From Utricularia gibba (Eukaryota; Plantae; Magnoliophyta): a stretch of 58,943 nucleotides of DNA. The notes under the pieces are model-generated. The model saw only the letters and a list, made by a program, of their open reading frames with translations, made no database searches and was not told where the DNA came from. The position numbers and the translations under genes are program-made. The DNA lies in NCBI GenBank assembly GCA_002189035.1, contig NEEC01000258.1:1-58943 (forward strand), given 5' to 3'. Within the stretch, counting starts at the first letter, position 1; each line of letters opens with the position of its first letter. Positions 24,301 through 39,300 of this stretch are shown one piece after another.

Positions 24301-27300
24301 GGGCTGCCTACATGGTTTTTCAAGGAACCGCTTCTCGTTTTGTGGCGGCCAGTCTCGCTGGGAACTTCCTTGACCCGATTCTGTATGGCTCATGAGGTCA
24401 ACTGGATGCAAATCGATAAAAAAATGATGCATTTGTTTAAATTATGATGTCACGTGCACCCCACATGATTTTTTCAACAACTTACTTTATACTTGAGCAG
24501 GCGGTCTTTGGGTGCACCTGGAACGGGACAAAGGTAATGTTTGGCTTGCACCGAGAGTTAGTTGTAGTCCGGCAAATAAAGTGATGTATTTATTATCGTT
24601 CGTTTTCGGGGGCTGCCTACATGGTTTTCAAGGAACCGCTTCTCGTTTTGTGGCGGCCAGTCTCGCTGGGAACTTGGTCCTTGACCCCGATTCTGTATGG
24701 CTCATGAGGTCAACTGGATGCAAATCGAATAAAAAAAATGATGCATTTGTTTAAATTACGATGTCACGTGCACCCCACATGATTTTTTAAACAACATTTA
24801 TACATGAGAGGCGGTCTTGGGGCACTTGGAACCGGAAAAAAGATCAGCTTAGGCCTTGGCCCAAAGTAAGTTGTAGCCCGGCAAAGAAAGTGATGTATTT
24901 ATTAACGTTCGGTTTTCGGGGCCTACATGGTTTTTCAAGGAACAGCTTCTCGTTTTGTGGCGGCCAGTTGCTAGGAACTTGGTCCGGACCCCGATTCTTT
25001 ATGGCTCATGAGGTCAAAAGGATGCAAATCAATGAATACAATGATGCATTTGTTTAAATTACGATGTCACGTGCACCCCACATGATTTTTTCAACAACTT
25101 ACTTTATACTTGAGCAGGCGGTCTTTGGGTGCACCTGGAACGGGACAAAGGTAAGGTTTGGCTTGCACCGAGAGTTAGTTGTAGTCCGGCAAATAAAGTG
25201 ATGTATTTATTATCGTTCGGTTTTCGGGGGCTGCCTACATGGTTTTTCAAGGAACCGCTTCTCGTTTTGTGGCGGCCAGTCTCGCTGGGAACTTGGTCCT
25301 TGACCCCGATTCTGTATGGCTCATGAGGTCAACTGGATGCAAATCGATTAAAAAAAATGATGCATTTGTTTAAATTATGATGTCACGTGCACCCCACATG
25401 TTTTTTTAACAACTTACTTTATACTTGAGCAGGCGGTCTTTGGGTGCACCTGGAACGGACAAAGGTAAGGTTGGCTTGCACGAGAGTTAGTTGTAGTCCG
25501 GCAAATAAAGTGATGTTTTATTATCGTTCGTTTTCGGGGGCTGCCTACATGGTTTTTCAAGGAACCGCTTCTCGTTTTGTGGCGGCCAGTCTCGCTGGGA
25601 ACTTGGTCCTTGACCCCGATTCTGTATGGCTCATGAGGTCAACTGGATGCAAATCGATTAAAAAAAATGATGCATTTGTTTAAATTATGATGTCACGTGC
25701 ACCCCACATGATTTTTTCAACAACTTACTTTATACTTGAGCAGGCGGTCTTTGGGTGCACCTGGAACGGGACAAAGGTAAGTTTGGCTTGCACCGAGAGT
25801 TAGTTGTAGTCCGGCAAATAAAGTGATGTATTTATTATCGTTCGTTTTCGGGGCTGCCTACATGGTTTTCAAAGGAACCGCTTCTCGTTTTGTGGCGGCC
25901 AGTCTCGCTGGGAACTTGGTCCTTGACCCCGATTCTGTATGGCTCATGAGGTCAACTGGATGCAAATCGATTAAAAAAAATGATGCATTTGTTTAAATTA
26001 TGATGTCACGTGCACCCCACATTTTTTTCAACAACTTACTTTATACTTGAGCAGGCGGTCTTTGGGTGCACCTGGAACGGACAAAGGTAAGGTTGGCTTG
26101 CACGAGAGTTAGTTGTAGTCCGGCAAATAAAGTGATGTATTTATTATCGTTCGGTTTTCGGGGGCTGCCTACATGGTTTTTCAAGGAACCGCTTCTCGTT
26201 TTGTGGCGGCCAGTCTCGCTGGGAACTTGGTCCTTGACCCCGATTCTGTATGGCTCATGAGGTCAACTGGATGCAAATCGATTAAAAAAAATGATGCATT
26301 TGTTTAAATTATGATGTCACGTGCACCCCACATGATTTTTTCAACAACTTACTTTATACTTGAGCAGGCGGTCTTGGGTGCACCTGGAACGGGACAAAGG
26401 TAATGTTTGGCTTGCACCGAGAGTTAGTTGTAGTCCGGCAAATAAAGTGATGTATTTATTATCGTTCGTTTTCGGGGGCTGCCTACATGGTTTTTCAAGG
26501 AACCGCTTCTCGTTTTGGCGGCCAGTCTCGCTGGGAACTTGGTCCTTGACCCCGATTCTGTATGGCTCATGAGGTCAACTGGATGCAAATCGATTAAAAA
26601 AAATGATGCATTTGTTTAAATTATGATGTCACGTGCACCCCACATGATTTTTTAACAACTTACTTTATACTTGAGCAGGCGGTCTTTGGGTGCACCTGGA
26701 ACGGGACAAAGGTAATGTTTGGCTTGCACCGAGAGTTAGTTGTAGTCCGGCAAATAAAGTGATGTATTTATTATCGTTCGTTTTCGGGGCTGCCTACATG
26801 GTTTTTCAAGGAACCGCTTCTCGTTTTGTGGCGGCCAGTCTCGCTGGGAACTTGGTCCTTGACCCATTTCTGTATGGCTCATGAGGTCAACTGGATGCAA
26901 ATCGATAAAAAAAATGATGCATTTGTTTAAATTACGATGTCACGTGCACCCCACATGATTTTTTTAACAACTTACTTTATACTGAGGAGGCGGTCTTGGG
27001 GGCACTTGGAACCGGAAAAAGATCAGCTTAGGCCTTGGCCCAAAGTAAGTTGTAGCCCGGCAAAGAAAGTGATGTATTTATTAACGTTCGGTTTTCGGTG
27101 TTGCCTACATGGTTTTTCAAGGAACAGCTTCTCGTTTTGTGGCGGCCAGTCTCGCTAGGAACTTGGTCCGGGCCCCGATTCTTTATGGCTCATGAGGACA
27201 AAGGATACAAATCAATGAATAAAATGATGCATTTGTTTAAATTACGATATCACGTGCACCCCACATGATTTTTTCAACAACTTACTTTATACTTGAGCAG

Positions 27301-30300
27301 GCGGTCTTTGGGTGCACCTGGAACGGGACAAAGGTAAGGTTTGGCTTGCACCGAGAGTTAGTTGTAGTCCGGCAAATAAAGTGATGTATTTATTATCGTT
27401 CGGTTTTCGGGGGCTGCCTACATGGTTTTTCAAGGAACCGCTTCTCGTTTTGTGGCGGCCAGTCTCGCTGGGAACTTGGTCCTTGACCCCGATTCTGTAT
27501 GGCTCATGAGGTCAACTGGATGCAAATCGATTAAAAAAAATGATGCATTTGTTTAAATTATGATGTCACGTGCACCCCACATGATTTTTTCAACAACTTA
27601 CTTTATACTTGAGCAGGCGGTCTTTGGGTGCACCTGGAACGGGACAAAGGTAATGTTTGGCTTGCACCGAGAGTTAGTTGTAGTCCGGCAAATAAAGTGA
27701 TGTATTTATTATCGTTCGTTTTTCGGGGCTGCCTACATGGTTTTTCAAGGAACCGCTTCTCGTTTGTGGCGGCCAGTCTCGCTGGGAACTTGGTCCTTGA
27801 CCATTTCTGTATGGCTCATGAGGTCAACTGGATGCAAATCGATTAAAAAAAATGATGCATTTGTTTAAATTATGATGTCACGTGCACCCCACATGATTTT
27901 TTTAACAACTTACTTTATACTTGAGCAGGCGTCTTTGGGACCTGGAACCGGACAAAAGGTAAGGTTGGCTTGCACCGAAGTTAGTTGTAGTCCGGCAATA
28001 AAGTGATGTATTTATTATCGTTCGTTTTTCGGGGGCTGCCTACATGGTTTTTCAAGGAACCGCTTCTCGTTTTGTGGCGGCCAGTCTCGCTGGGAACTTG
28101 GTCCTTGACCCCGATTCTGTATGGCTCATGAGGTCAACTGGATGCAAATCGATTAAAAAAAATGATGCATTTGTTTAAATGATGTCACGTGCACCCCACA
28201 TGATTTTTTCAACAACTTACTTTATACTTGAGCAGGCGGTCTTTGGGTGCACTTGGAACGGGACAAAGGTAAGTTTGGCTTGCACCGAGAGTTAGTTGTA
28301 GTCCGGCAAATAAAGTGATGTATTTATTATCGTTCGGTTTTCGGGGCTGCCTACATGGTTTTTCAAGGAACCGCTTCTCGTTTTGTGGCGGCCAGTCTCG
28401 CTGGAACTTGGTCCTTGACCCCGATTCTGTATGGCTCATGAGGTCAACTGGATGCAAATCGATTAAAAAAAATGATGCATTTGTTTAAATTATGATGTCA
28501 CGTGCACCCCACATGATTTTTTTAACAACTTACTTTATACTTGAGCAGGCGGTCTTTGGGTGCACCTGGAACGGGACAAAGGTAAGTTGGCTTGCACGAG
28601 AGTTAGTTGTAGTCCGGCAAATAAAGTGATGTATTTATTATCGTTCGTTTTCGGGGGCTGCCTACATGGTTTTTCAAGGAACCGCTTCTCGTTTTATGGC
28701 GGCCAGTCTCGCTGGGAACTTGGTCCTTGACCCCGATTCTGTATGGCTCATGAGGTCAACTGGATGCAAATCGATTAAAAAAAATGATGCATTTGTTTAA
28801 ATTATGATCACGTGCACCCCACATGATTTTTTCAACAACTTACTTTATACTTGAGCAGGCGGTCTTTGGGGCACCGGAACGGACAAAGGTAAGTTTGGCT
28901 TGCACCGAGAGTTAGTTGTAGTCCGGCAAATAAAGTGATGTATTTATTATCGTTCGGTTTTCGGGGCTGCCTACATGGTTTTCAAGGAACCGCTTCTCGT
29001 TTTGTGGCGGCCAGTCTCGCTGGGAACTTGGTCCTTGACCCCGATTCTGTATGGCTCATGAGGTCAACTGGATGCAAATCGATTAAAAAAAATGATGCAT
29101 TTGTTTAAATTATGATGTCACGTGCACCCCACATGATTTTTTCAACAACTTACTTTATACTTGAGCAGGCGGTCTTTGGGTGCACCTGGAACGGGACAAA
29201 GGTAATGTTTGGCTTGCACCGAGAGTTAGTTGTAGTCCGGCAAATAAAGTGATGTATTTATTATCGTTCGTTTTCGGGGGCTGCCTACATGGTTTTCAAG
29301 GAACCGCTTCTCGTTTTGTGCGGCCAGTCTCGCTGGGAACTTGGTCCTTGACCCCATTTCTGTATGGCTCATGAGGTCAACTGGATGCAAATCGATAAAA
29401 AAAATGATGCATTTGTTTAAATTACGATGTCAAGTGCACCCCACATGATTTTTTTAACAACATACTTTATACATGAGGAGGCGTCTTGGGGGGCACTTGG
29501 AACCGGAAAAAGATCAGCTTAGGCTTGGCCCAAAGTAAGTTGTAGCCCGGCAAAGAAAGTGATGTATTTATTAACGTTCGGTTTTCGGGTTGCCTACATG
29601 GTTTTTCAAGGAACAGCTTCTCGTTTTGTGGCGGCCAGTGCTGGAACTTGGTCCTTGCCCCGATTCTTTATGGCTCATGAGGACAAAAGGATACAAATCA
29701 ATGAATACAATGATGCATTTGTTTAAATTACGATATCACGTGCACCCCACATGATTTTTTCAACAACTTACTTTATACTTGAGCAGGCGTCTTTGGTGCA
29801 CCTGGAACGGGACAAAGGTAAGGTTTGGCTTGCACCGAGAGTTAGTTGTAGTCCGGCAAATAAAGTGATGTATTTATTATCGTTCGGTTTTCGGGGGCTG
29901 CCTACATGGTTTTTCAAGGAACCGCTTCTCGTTTTGTGGCGGCCAGTCTCGCTGGGAACTTGGTCCTTGACCCCGATTCTGTATGGCTCATGAGGTCAAC
30001 TGGATGCAAATCGATTAAAAAAATGATGCATTTGTTTAAATTATGATGTCACGTGCACCCCACATGATTTTTTCAACAACTTACTTTATACTTGAGCAGG
30101 CGGTCTTTGGGTGCACCTGGAACGGGACAAAGGTAATGTTTGGCTTGCACCGAGAGTTAGTTGTAGTCCGGCAAATAAAGTGATGTATTTATTATCGTTC
30201 GTTTTCGGGGGCTGCCTACATGGTTTTTCAAGGAACCGCTTCTCGTTTTGTGGCGGCCAGTCTCGCTGGGAACTTGGTCCTTGACCCCATTTCTGTATGG

Positions 30301-33300
30301 CTCATGAGGTCAACTGGATGCAAATCGAATAAAAAAAATGATGCATTTGTTTAAATTACGATGTCAAGTGCACCCCACATGATTTTTTTAACAACATACT
30401 TTATACATGAGGAGGCGGTCTTGGGGGCACTTGGAACCGGAAAAAGATCAGCTTAGGCCTTGGCCCAAAGTAAGTTGTAGCCGGCAAAGAAAGTGATGTA
30501 TTTATTAACGTTCGGTTTTCGGTGTTGCCTACATGGTTTTTCAAGGAACAGCTTCTCGTTTTGTGGCGGCCAGTTCGCTAGGAACTTGGTCCGGGCCCGC
30601 GATTCTTTATGGCTCATGAGGACAAAAGGATACAAATCAATGAATACAATGATGCATTTGTTTAAATTACGATATCACGTGCACCCACATGATTTTTTCA
30701 ACAACTTACTTTATACTTGAGCAGGCGGTCTTTGGGTGCACCTGGAACGGGACAAAGGTAAGGTTTGGCTTGCACCGAGAGTTAGTTGTAGTCCGGCAAA
30801 TAAAGTGATGTATTTATTATCGTTCGGTTTTCGGGGGCTGCCTACATGGTTTTTCAAGGAACCGCTTCTCGTTTTGTGGCGGCCAGTCTCGCTGGAACTT
30901 GGTCCTTGACCCCGATTCTGTATGGCTCATGAGGTCAACTGGATGCAAATCGATTAAAAAAAATGATGCATTTGTTTAAATTATGATGTCACGTGCACCC
31001 CACATGATTTTTTCAACAACTTACTTTATACTTGAGCAGGCGGTCTTTGGGTGCACCTGGAACGGGACAAAGGTAATGTTTGGCTTGCACCGAGAGTTAG
31101 TTGTAGTCCGGCAAATAAAGTGATGTATTTATTATCGTTCGGTTTTCGGGGGCTGCCTACATGGTTTTTCAAGGAACCGCTTCTCGTTTTGTGGCGGCCA
31201 GTCTCGCTGGGAACTTGGTCCTTGACCCGATTCTGTATGGCTCATGAGGTCAACTGGATGCAAATCGATAAAAAAAAATGATGCATTTGTTTAAATTATG
31301 ATGTCACGTGCACCCCACATGATTTTTTCAACAACTTACTTTATACTTGAGCAGGCGGTCTTTGGGTGCACCTGGAACGGGACAAAGGTAATGTTTGGCT
31401 TGCACCGAGAGTTAGTTGTAGTCCGGCAAATAAAGTGATGTATTTATTATCGTTCGTTTTTCGGGGGCTGCCTACATGGTTTCAAGGAACCGCTTCTCGT
31501 TTTGGCGGCCAGTCTCGCTGGGAACTTGGTCCTTGACCCCATTTCTGTCTGGCTCATGAGGTCAACTGGATGCAAATCGAATAAAAAAATGATGCATTTG
31601 TTTAAATTACGATGTCAAGTGCACCCCACATGATTTTTTTAACAACATACTTTATACATGAGGAGGCGGTCTTGGGGGGCACTTGGAACCGGAAAAAGAT
31701 CAGCTTAGGCCTTGGCCCAAAGTAAGTTGTAGCCCGGCAAGAAAGTGATGTATTTATTAACGTTCGGTTTTCGGTGTTGCCTACATGGTTTTTCAAGGAA
31801 CAGCTTCTCGTTTTGTGGCGGCCAGTTTCGCTAGGAACTTGGTCCGGGCCCGCGATTCTTTATGGCTCATGAGGACAAAAGGATACAAATCAATGAATAC
31901 AATGATGCATTTGTTTAAATTACGATATCACGTGCACCCACATGATTTTTCAACAACTTACTTTATACTTGAGCAGGCGGTCTTTGGGTGCACCTGGAAC
32001 GGGACAAAGGTAAGGTTTGGCTTGCACCGAGAGTTAGTTGTAGTCCGGCAAATAAAGTGATGTATTTATTATCGTTCGGTTTTCGGGGGCTGCCTACATG
32101 GTTTTTCAAGGAACCGCTTCTCGTTTTGTGGCGGCCAGTCTCGCTGGGAACTTGGTCCTTGACCCGATTCTGTATGGCTCATGAGGTCAACTGGATGCAA
32201 ATCGATTAAAAAAATGATGCATTTTTTTAAATTATGATGTCACGTGCACCCCACATGTTTTTTTCAACAACTTACTTTATACTTGAGCAGGCGGTCTTTG
32301 GGTGCACCTGGAACGGACAAAGGTAAGGTTGGCTTGCATCGAGAGTTAGTTGTAGTCCGGCAAATAAAGTGATGTATTTATTATCGTTCGCTTTTCGGGG
32401 GCTGCCTACATGGTTTTTCAAGGAACCGCTTCTCGTTTTATGGCGGCCAGTCTCGCTGGGAACTTGGTCCTTGACCCCGATTCTGTATGGCTCATGAGGT
32501 CAACTGGATGCAAATCGATTAAAAAAAATGATGCATTTGTTTAAATTATGATGTCACGTGCACCCCACATGATTTTTTCAACAACTTACTTTATACTTGA
32601 GCAGGCGGTCTTTGGGTGCACCTGGAACGGGACAAAGGTAATGTTTGGCTTGCACCGAGAGTTAGTTGTAGTCCGGCAAATAAAGTGATGTATTTATTAT
32701 CGTTCGTTTTTCGGGGGCTGCCTACATGGTTTTTCAAGGAACCGCTTCTCGTTTTGTGGCGGCCAGTCTCGCTGGGAACTTGGTCCTTGACCCCGATTCT
32801 GTATGGCTCATGAGGTCAACTGGATGCAAATCGATTAAAAAAATGATGCATTTGTTTAAATTATGATGTCACGTGCACCCCACATGATTTTTTTAACAAC
32901 TTACTTTATACTTGAGCAGGCGGTCTTTGGGTGCACCTGGAACGGGACAAAGGTAATGTTTGGCTTGCACCGAGAGTTAGTTGTAGTCCGGCAAATAAAG
33001 TGATGTATTTATTATCGTTCGTTTTTCGGGGCTGCCTGCATGGTTTTCAAGGAACCGCTTCTCGTTTGTGGCGGCCAGTCTCGCTGGGAACTTGGTCCTT
33101 GACCCCATTTCTGTCTGGCTCATGAGGTCAACTGGATGCAAATCGAATAAAAAAAATGATGCATTTGTTTAAATTACGATGTCAAGTGCACCCCACATGA
33201 TTTTTTTAACAACTTACTTTATACATGAGCAGGCGGTCTTGGGGGGATTGGAACGGAAAAAATCAGCTTAGGCTTGCCCAAAGTAAGTTGTAGCCCGGCA

Positions 33301-36300
33301 AAAAAAAGTGATGTATTTTTATTAACGTTCGGTTTTCGGGTTGCCTACATGGTTTTTCAAGGAACAGCTTCTCGTTTTGTGGCGGCCAGTCTCGCTGGAA
33401 CTTGGTCCGGGCCCCGATTCTTTATGGCTCATGAGGTCAACTGGATGCAAATCAAAAAAATGATGCATTTGTTTAAATTATGATATCACGTGCACCCCAC
33501 ATGATTTTTTCAACAACTTACTTTATACTTGAGCAGGCGGTCTTTGGGTGCACCTGGAACGGGACAAAGGTAAGGTTTGGCTTGCACCGAGAGTTAGTTG
33601 TAGTCCGGCAAATAAAGTGATGTATTTATTATCGTTCGGTTTTCGGGGGCTGCCTACATGGTTTTTCAAGGAACCGCTTCTCGTTTTTGGCGGCCAGTCT
33701 CGCTGGGAACTTGGTCCTTGACCCCGATTCTGTATGGCTCATGAGGTCAACTGGATGCAAATCGATTAAAAAAATGATGCATTTGTTTAAATTATGATGT
33801 CACGTGCACCCCACATGATTTTTTCAACAACTTACTTTATACTTGAGCAGGCGGTCTTTGGGTGCACCTGGAACGGGACAAAGTAAGTTGGCTTGCATCG
33901 AGAGTTAGTTGTAGTCCGGCAAATAAAGTGATGTATTTATTATCGTTCGTTTTCGGGGGCTGCCTACATGGTTTTTCAAGGAACCGCTTCTCGTTTTGGC
34001 GGCCAGTCTCGCTGGGAACTTGGTCCTTGACCCCGATTCTGTATGGCTCATGAGGTCAACTGGATGCAAATCGATTAAAAAAAATGATGCATTTGTTTAA
34101 ATTATGATGTCACGTGCACCCCACATGATTTTTTCAACAACTTACTTTATACTTGAGCAGGCGGTCTTTGGGTGCACCTGGAACGGGACAAAGGTAAGTT
34201 TGGCTTGCACCGAGAGTTAGTTGTAGTCCGGCAAATAAAGTGATGTATTTATTATCGTTCGGTTTTCGGGGGCTGCCTACATGGTTTTTCAAGGAACCGC
34301 TTCTCGTTTGTGGCGGCCAGTCTCGCTGGGAACTTGGTCCTTGACCCGATTTTGTATGGCTCATGAGGTCAACTGGATGCAAATCGATAAAAAAAAATGA
34401 TGCATTTTTTAAATTATGATGTCACGTGCACCCCACATGATTTTTTCAACAACTTACTTTATACTTGAGCAGGCGGTCTTGGGTGCACTGGAACGGGACA
34501 AAGGTAATGTTTGGCTTGCACCGAGAGTTAGTTGTAGTCCGGCAAATAAAGTGATGTATTTATTATCGTTCGCTTTTCGGGGCTGCCTACATGGTTTTCA
34601 AGGAACCGCTTCTCGTTTTGTGGCGGCCAGTCTCGCTGAACTTGGTCCTTGACCCATTTCTGTCTGGCTCATGAGGTCAACTGGATGCAAATCGAATAAA
34701 AAAAATGATGCATTTGTTTAAATTACGATGTCACGTGCACCCCACATGATTTTTTCAACAACTTACTTTATACTTGAGCAGGCGGTCTTTGGGTGCACCT
34801 GGAACGGGACAAAGGTAATGTTTGGCTTGCACGAGAGTTAGTTGTAGTCCGGCAAATAAAGTGATGTATTTATTATCGTTCGGTTTTTCGGGGGCTGCCT
34901 ACATGGTTTTTCAAGGAACCGCTTCTCGTTTTGTGGCGGCCAGTCTCGCTGGGAACTTGGTCCTTGACCCGATTCTGTATGGCTCATGAGGTCAACTGGA
35001 TGCAAATCGATTAAAAAAAATGATGCATTTGTTTAAATTATGATGTCACGTGCACCCCACATGATTTTTTCAACAACTTACTTTATACTTGAGCAGGCGG
35101 TCTTTGGGTGCACTGGAACGGGACAAAGGTAATGTTTGGCTTGCACCGAGAGTTAGTTGTAGTCCGGCAAATAAAGTGATGTATTTATTATCGTTCGGTT
35201 TTTCGGGGGCTGCCTACATGGTTTTTCAAGGAACCGCTTCTCGTTTTGTGGCGGCCAGTCTCGCTGGGAACTTGGTCCTTGACCCCGATTCTGTATGGCT
35301 CATGAGGTCAACTGGATGCAAATCGATTAAAAAAAATGATGCATTTGTTTAAATTACAAACACACACACCTGATTTTTTCAACAACTTACTTTATACTTG
35401 AGCAGGCGGTCTTTGGGTGCACCTGGAACGGGACAAAGGTAAGTTTGGCTTGCACCGAGAGTTAGTTGTAGTCCGGCAAATAAAGTGATGTATTTATTAT
35501 CGTTCGGTTTTCGGGGCTGCCTACATGGTTTTTCAAGGAACCGCTTCTCGTTTTGTGGCGGCCAGTCTCGCTGGGAACTTGGTCCTTGACCCGATTCTGT
35601 ATGGCTCATGAGGTCAACTGGATGCAAATCGATTAAAAAAAATGATGCATTTGTTTAAATTATGATGTCACGTGCACCCACATGATTTTTCAACAACTTA
35701 CTTTATACTTGAGCAGGCGGTCTTTGGGTGCACCTGGAACGGGACAAAGGTAAGTTTGGCTTGCACCGAGAGTTAGTTGTAGTCCGGCAAATAAAGTGAT
35801 GTATTTATTATCGTTCGGTTTTTCGGGGCTGCCTACATGGTTTTTCAAGGAACCGCTTCTCGTTTTGTGGCGGCCAGTCTCGCTGGGAACTTGGTCCTTG
35901 ACCCGATTCTGTATGGCTCATGAGGTCAACTGGATGCAAATCGATTAAAAAAAATGATGCATTTGTTTAAATTATGATGTCACGTGCACCCCACATGATT
36001 TTTTTCAACAACTTACTTTATACTTGAGCAGGCGGTCTTAACGGAACGGACAAAGGTAAGTTTGGCTTGCACCGAGAGTTAGTTGTAGTCCGGCAAATAA
36101 AGTGATGTATTTATTATCGTTCGGTTTTCGGGGGCTGCCTACATGGTTTTTCAAGGAACCGCTTCTCGTTTTGGCGGCCAGTCTCGCTGGGAACTTGGTC
36201 CTTGACCCGATTCTGTATGGCTCATGAGGTCAACTGGATGCAAATCGATTAAAAAAAATGATGCATTTGTTTAAATTATGATGTCACGTGCACCCCACAT

Positions 36301-39300
36301 GATTTTTTCAACAACTTACTTTATACTTGAGCAGGCGGTCTTTGGGTGCACCTGGAACGGGACAAAGGTAAGTTTGGCTTGCACCGAGAGTTAGTTGTAG
36401 TCCGGCAAATAAAGTGATGTATTTATTATCGTTCGTTTTTCGGGGCTGCCTACATGGTTTTTCAAGGAACCGCTTCTCGTTTTGTGGCGGCCAGTCTCGC
36501 TGGGAACTTGGTCCTTGACCCCGATTCTGTATGGCTCATGAGGTCAACTGGATGCAAATCGATAAAAAAAATGATGCATTTGTTTAAATTACGATGTCAA
36601 GTGCACCCCACATGATTTTTTCAACATACTTTATACATGAGGAGGCGGTCTTTGGGGGGCACTTGGAACGGGAAAAGATCAGCTTAGGCCTTGGCCCAAA
36701 GTAAGTTGTAGCCCGGCAAAGAAAGTGATGTATTTATTAACGTTCGGTTTTCGGTGTTGCCTACATGGTTTTTCAAGGAACAGCTTCTCGTTTTGTGGCG
36801 GCCAGTCTCGCTAGGAACTTGGTCCGGGCCCCGATTCTTTATGGCTCATGAGGACAAAAGGATGCAAATCAATGAATAAAATGATGCATTTGTTTAAATT
36901 ACGATATCACGTGCACCCCACATGATTTTTTTCAACAACTTACTTTATACTTGAGCAGGCGGTCTTTGGGTGCACTTGGAACGGGACAAAGGTAAGGTTG
37001 GCTTGCACCGAGAGTTAGTTGTAGTCCGGCAAATAAAGTGATGTATTTATTATCGTTCGGTTTTCGGGGGCTGCCTACATGGTTTTTCAAGGAACCGCTT
37101 CTCGTTTTGTGGCGGCCAGTCTCGCTGGAACTTGGTCCTTGACCCCGATTCTGTATGGCTCATGAGGTCAACTGGATGCAAATCGATTAAAAAAAATGAT
37201 GCATTTGTTTAAATTATGATGTCACGTGCACCCCACATGATTTTTTCAACAACTTACTTTATACTTGAGCAGGCGGTCTTTGGTGCACCTGGAACGGGAC
37301 AAAGGTAAGTTTGGCTTGCACGAGAGTTAGTTGTAGTCCGGCAAATAAAGTGATGTATTTATTATCGTTCGGTTTTCGGGGCTGCCTACATGGTTTTTCA
37401 AGGAACCGCTTCTCGTTTTGTGGCGGCCAGTCTCGCTGGGAACTTGGTCCTTGACCCCGATTGTATGGCTCATGAGGTCAACTGGATGCAAATCGATTAA
37501 AAAAAATGATGCATTTGTTTAAATTATGATGTCACGTGCACCCCACATGATTTTTTCAACAACTTACTTTATACTTGAGCAGGCGGTCTTTGGTGCACCT
37601 GGAACGGGACAAAGGTAAGGTTGGCTTGCAAGTTAGTTGTAGTCCGGCAAATAAAGTGATGTATTTATTATCGTTCGTTTTCGGGGCTGCCTACATGGTT
37701 TTTCAAGGAACCGCTTCTCGTTTTGTGGCGGCCAGTCTCGCTGGGAACTTGGTCCTTGACCGATTCTGTATGGCTCATGAGGTCAACTGGATGCAAATCG
37801 ATTAAAAAAAATGATGCATTTGTTTAAATTATGATGTCACGTGCACCCCACATGATTTTTTCAACAACTTACTTTATACTTGAGCAGGCGGTCTTTGGGT
37901 GCACCTGGAACGGGACAAAGGTAATGTTTGGCTTGCACCGAGAGTTAGTTGTAGTCCGCAAATAAAGTGATGTATTTATTATCGTTCGTTTTTCGGGGGC
38001 TGCCTACATGGTTTTTCAAGGAACCGCTTCTCGTTTTGTGGCGGCCAGTCTCGCTGGGAACTTGGTCCTTGACCCCGATTCTGTATGGCTCATGAGGTCA
38101 ACTGGATGCAAATCGATTAAAAAAAATGATGCATTTGTTTAAATTATGATGTCACGTGCACCCCACATGATTTTTTCAACAACTTACTTTATACTTGAGC
38201 AGGCGGTCTTTGGGTGCACCTGGAACGGACAAAGGTAAGTTTGGCTTGCACCGAGAGTTAGTTGTAGTCCGGCAAATAAAGTGATGTATTTATTATCGTT
38301 CGGTTTTCGGGGGCTGCCTACATGGTTTTTCAAGGAACCGCTTCTCGTTTTGTGGCGGCCAGTCTCGCTGGGAACTTGGTCCTTGACCCGATTCTGTATG
38401 GCTCATGAGGTCAACTGGATGCAAATCGATTAAAAAAAATGATGCATTTGTTTAAATTATGATGTCACGTGCACCCCACATGATTTTTTCAACAACTTAC
38501 TTTATACTTGAGCAGGCGGTCTTTGGGTGCACTTGGAACGGACAAAGGTAGTTTGGCTTGCACCGAGAGTTAGTTGTAGTCCGGCAAATAAAGTGATGTA
38601 TTTATTATCGTTCGTTTTCGGGGGCTGCCTACATGGTTTTTCAAGGAACCGCTTCTCGTTTGTGGCGGCCAGTCTCGCTGGGAACTTGGTCCTTGACCCC
38701 GATTCTGTATGGCTCATGAGGTCAACTGGATGCAAATCGATTAAAAAAATGATGCATTTGTTTAAATTATGATGTCACGTGCACCCCACATGATTTTTTA
38801 ACAACTTACTTTACTTGAGCAGGCGGTCTTAGTTAGGCTTGCACCGAGAGTTAGTTGTAGTCCGGCAAATAAAGTGATGTATTTATTATCGTTCGGTTTT
38901 CGGGGCTGCCTACATGGTTTTTCAAGGAACCGCTTCTCGTTTTGTGGCGGCCAGTCTCGCTGGGAACTTGGTCCTTGACCCGATTCTGTATGGCTCATGA
39001 GGTCAACTGGATGCAAATCGATTAAAAAAAATGATGCATTTGTTTAAATTATGATGTCACGTGCACCCCACATGATTTTTTCAACAACTTACTTTATACT
39101 TGAGCAGGCGGTCTTTGGGTGCACCTGGAACGGGACAAAGGTAAGTTTGGCTTGCACCGAGAGTTAGTTGTAGTCCGGCAAATAAAGTGATGTATTTATT
39201 ATCGTTCGTTTTTCGGGGGCTGCCTACATGGTTTTTCAAGGAACCGCTTCTCGTTTTGGCGGCCAGTCTCGCTGGGAACTTGGTCCTTGACCCCGATTCT

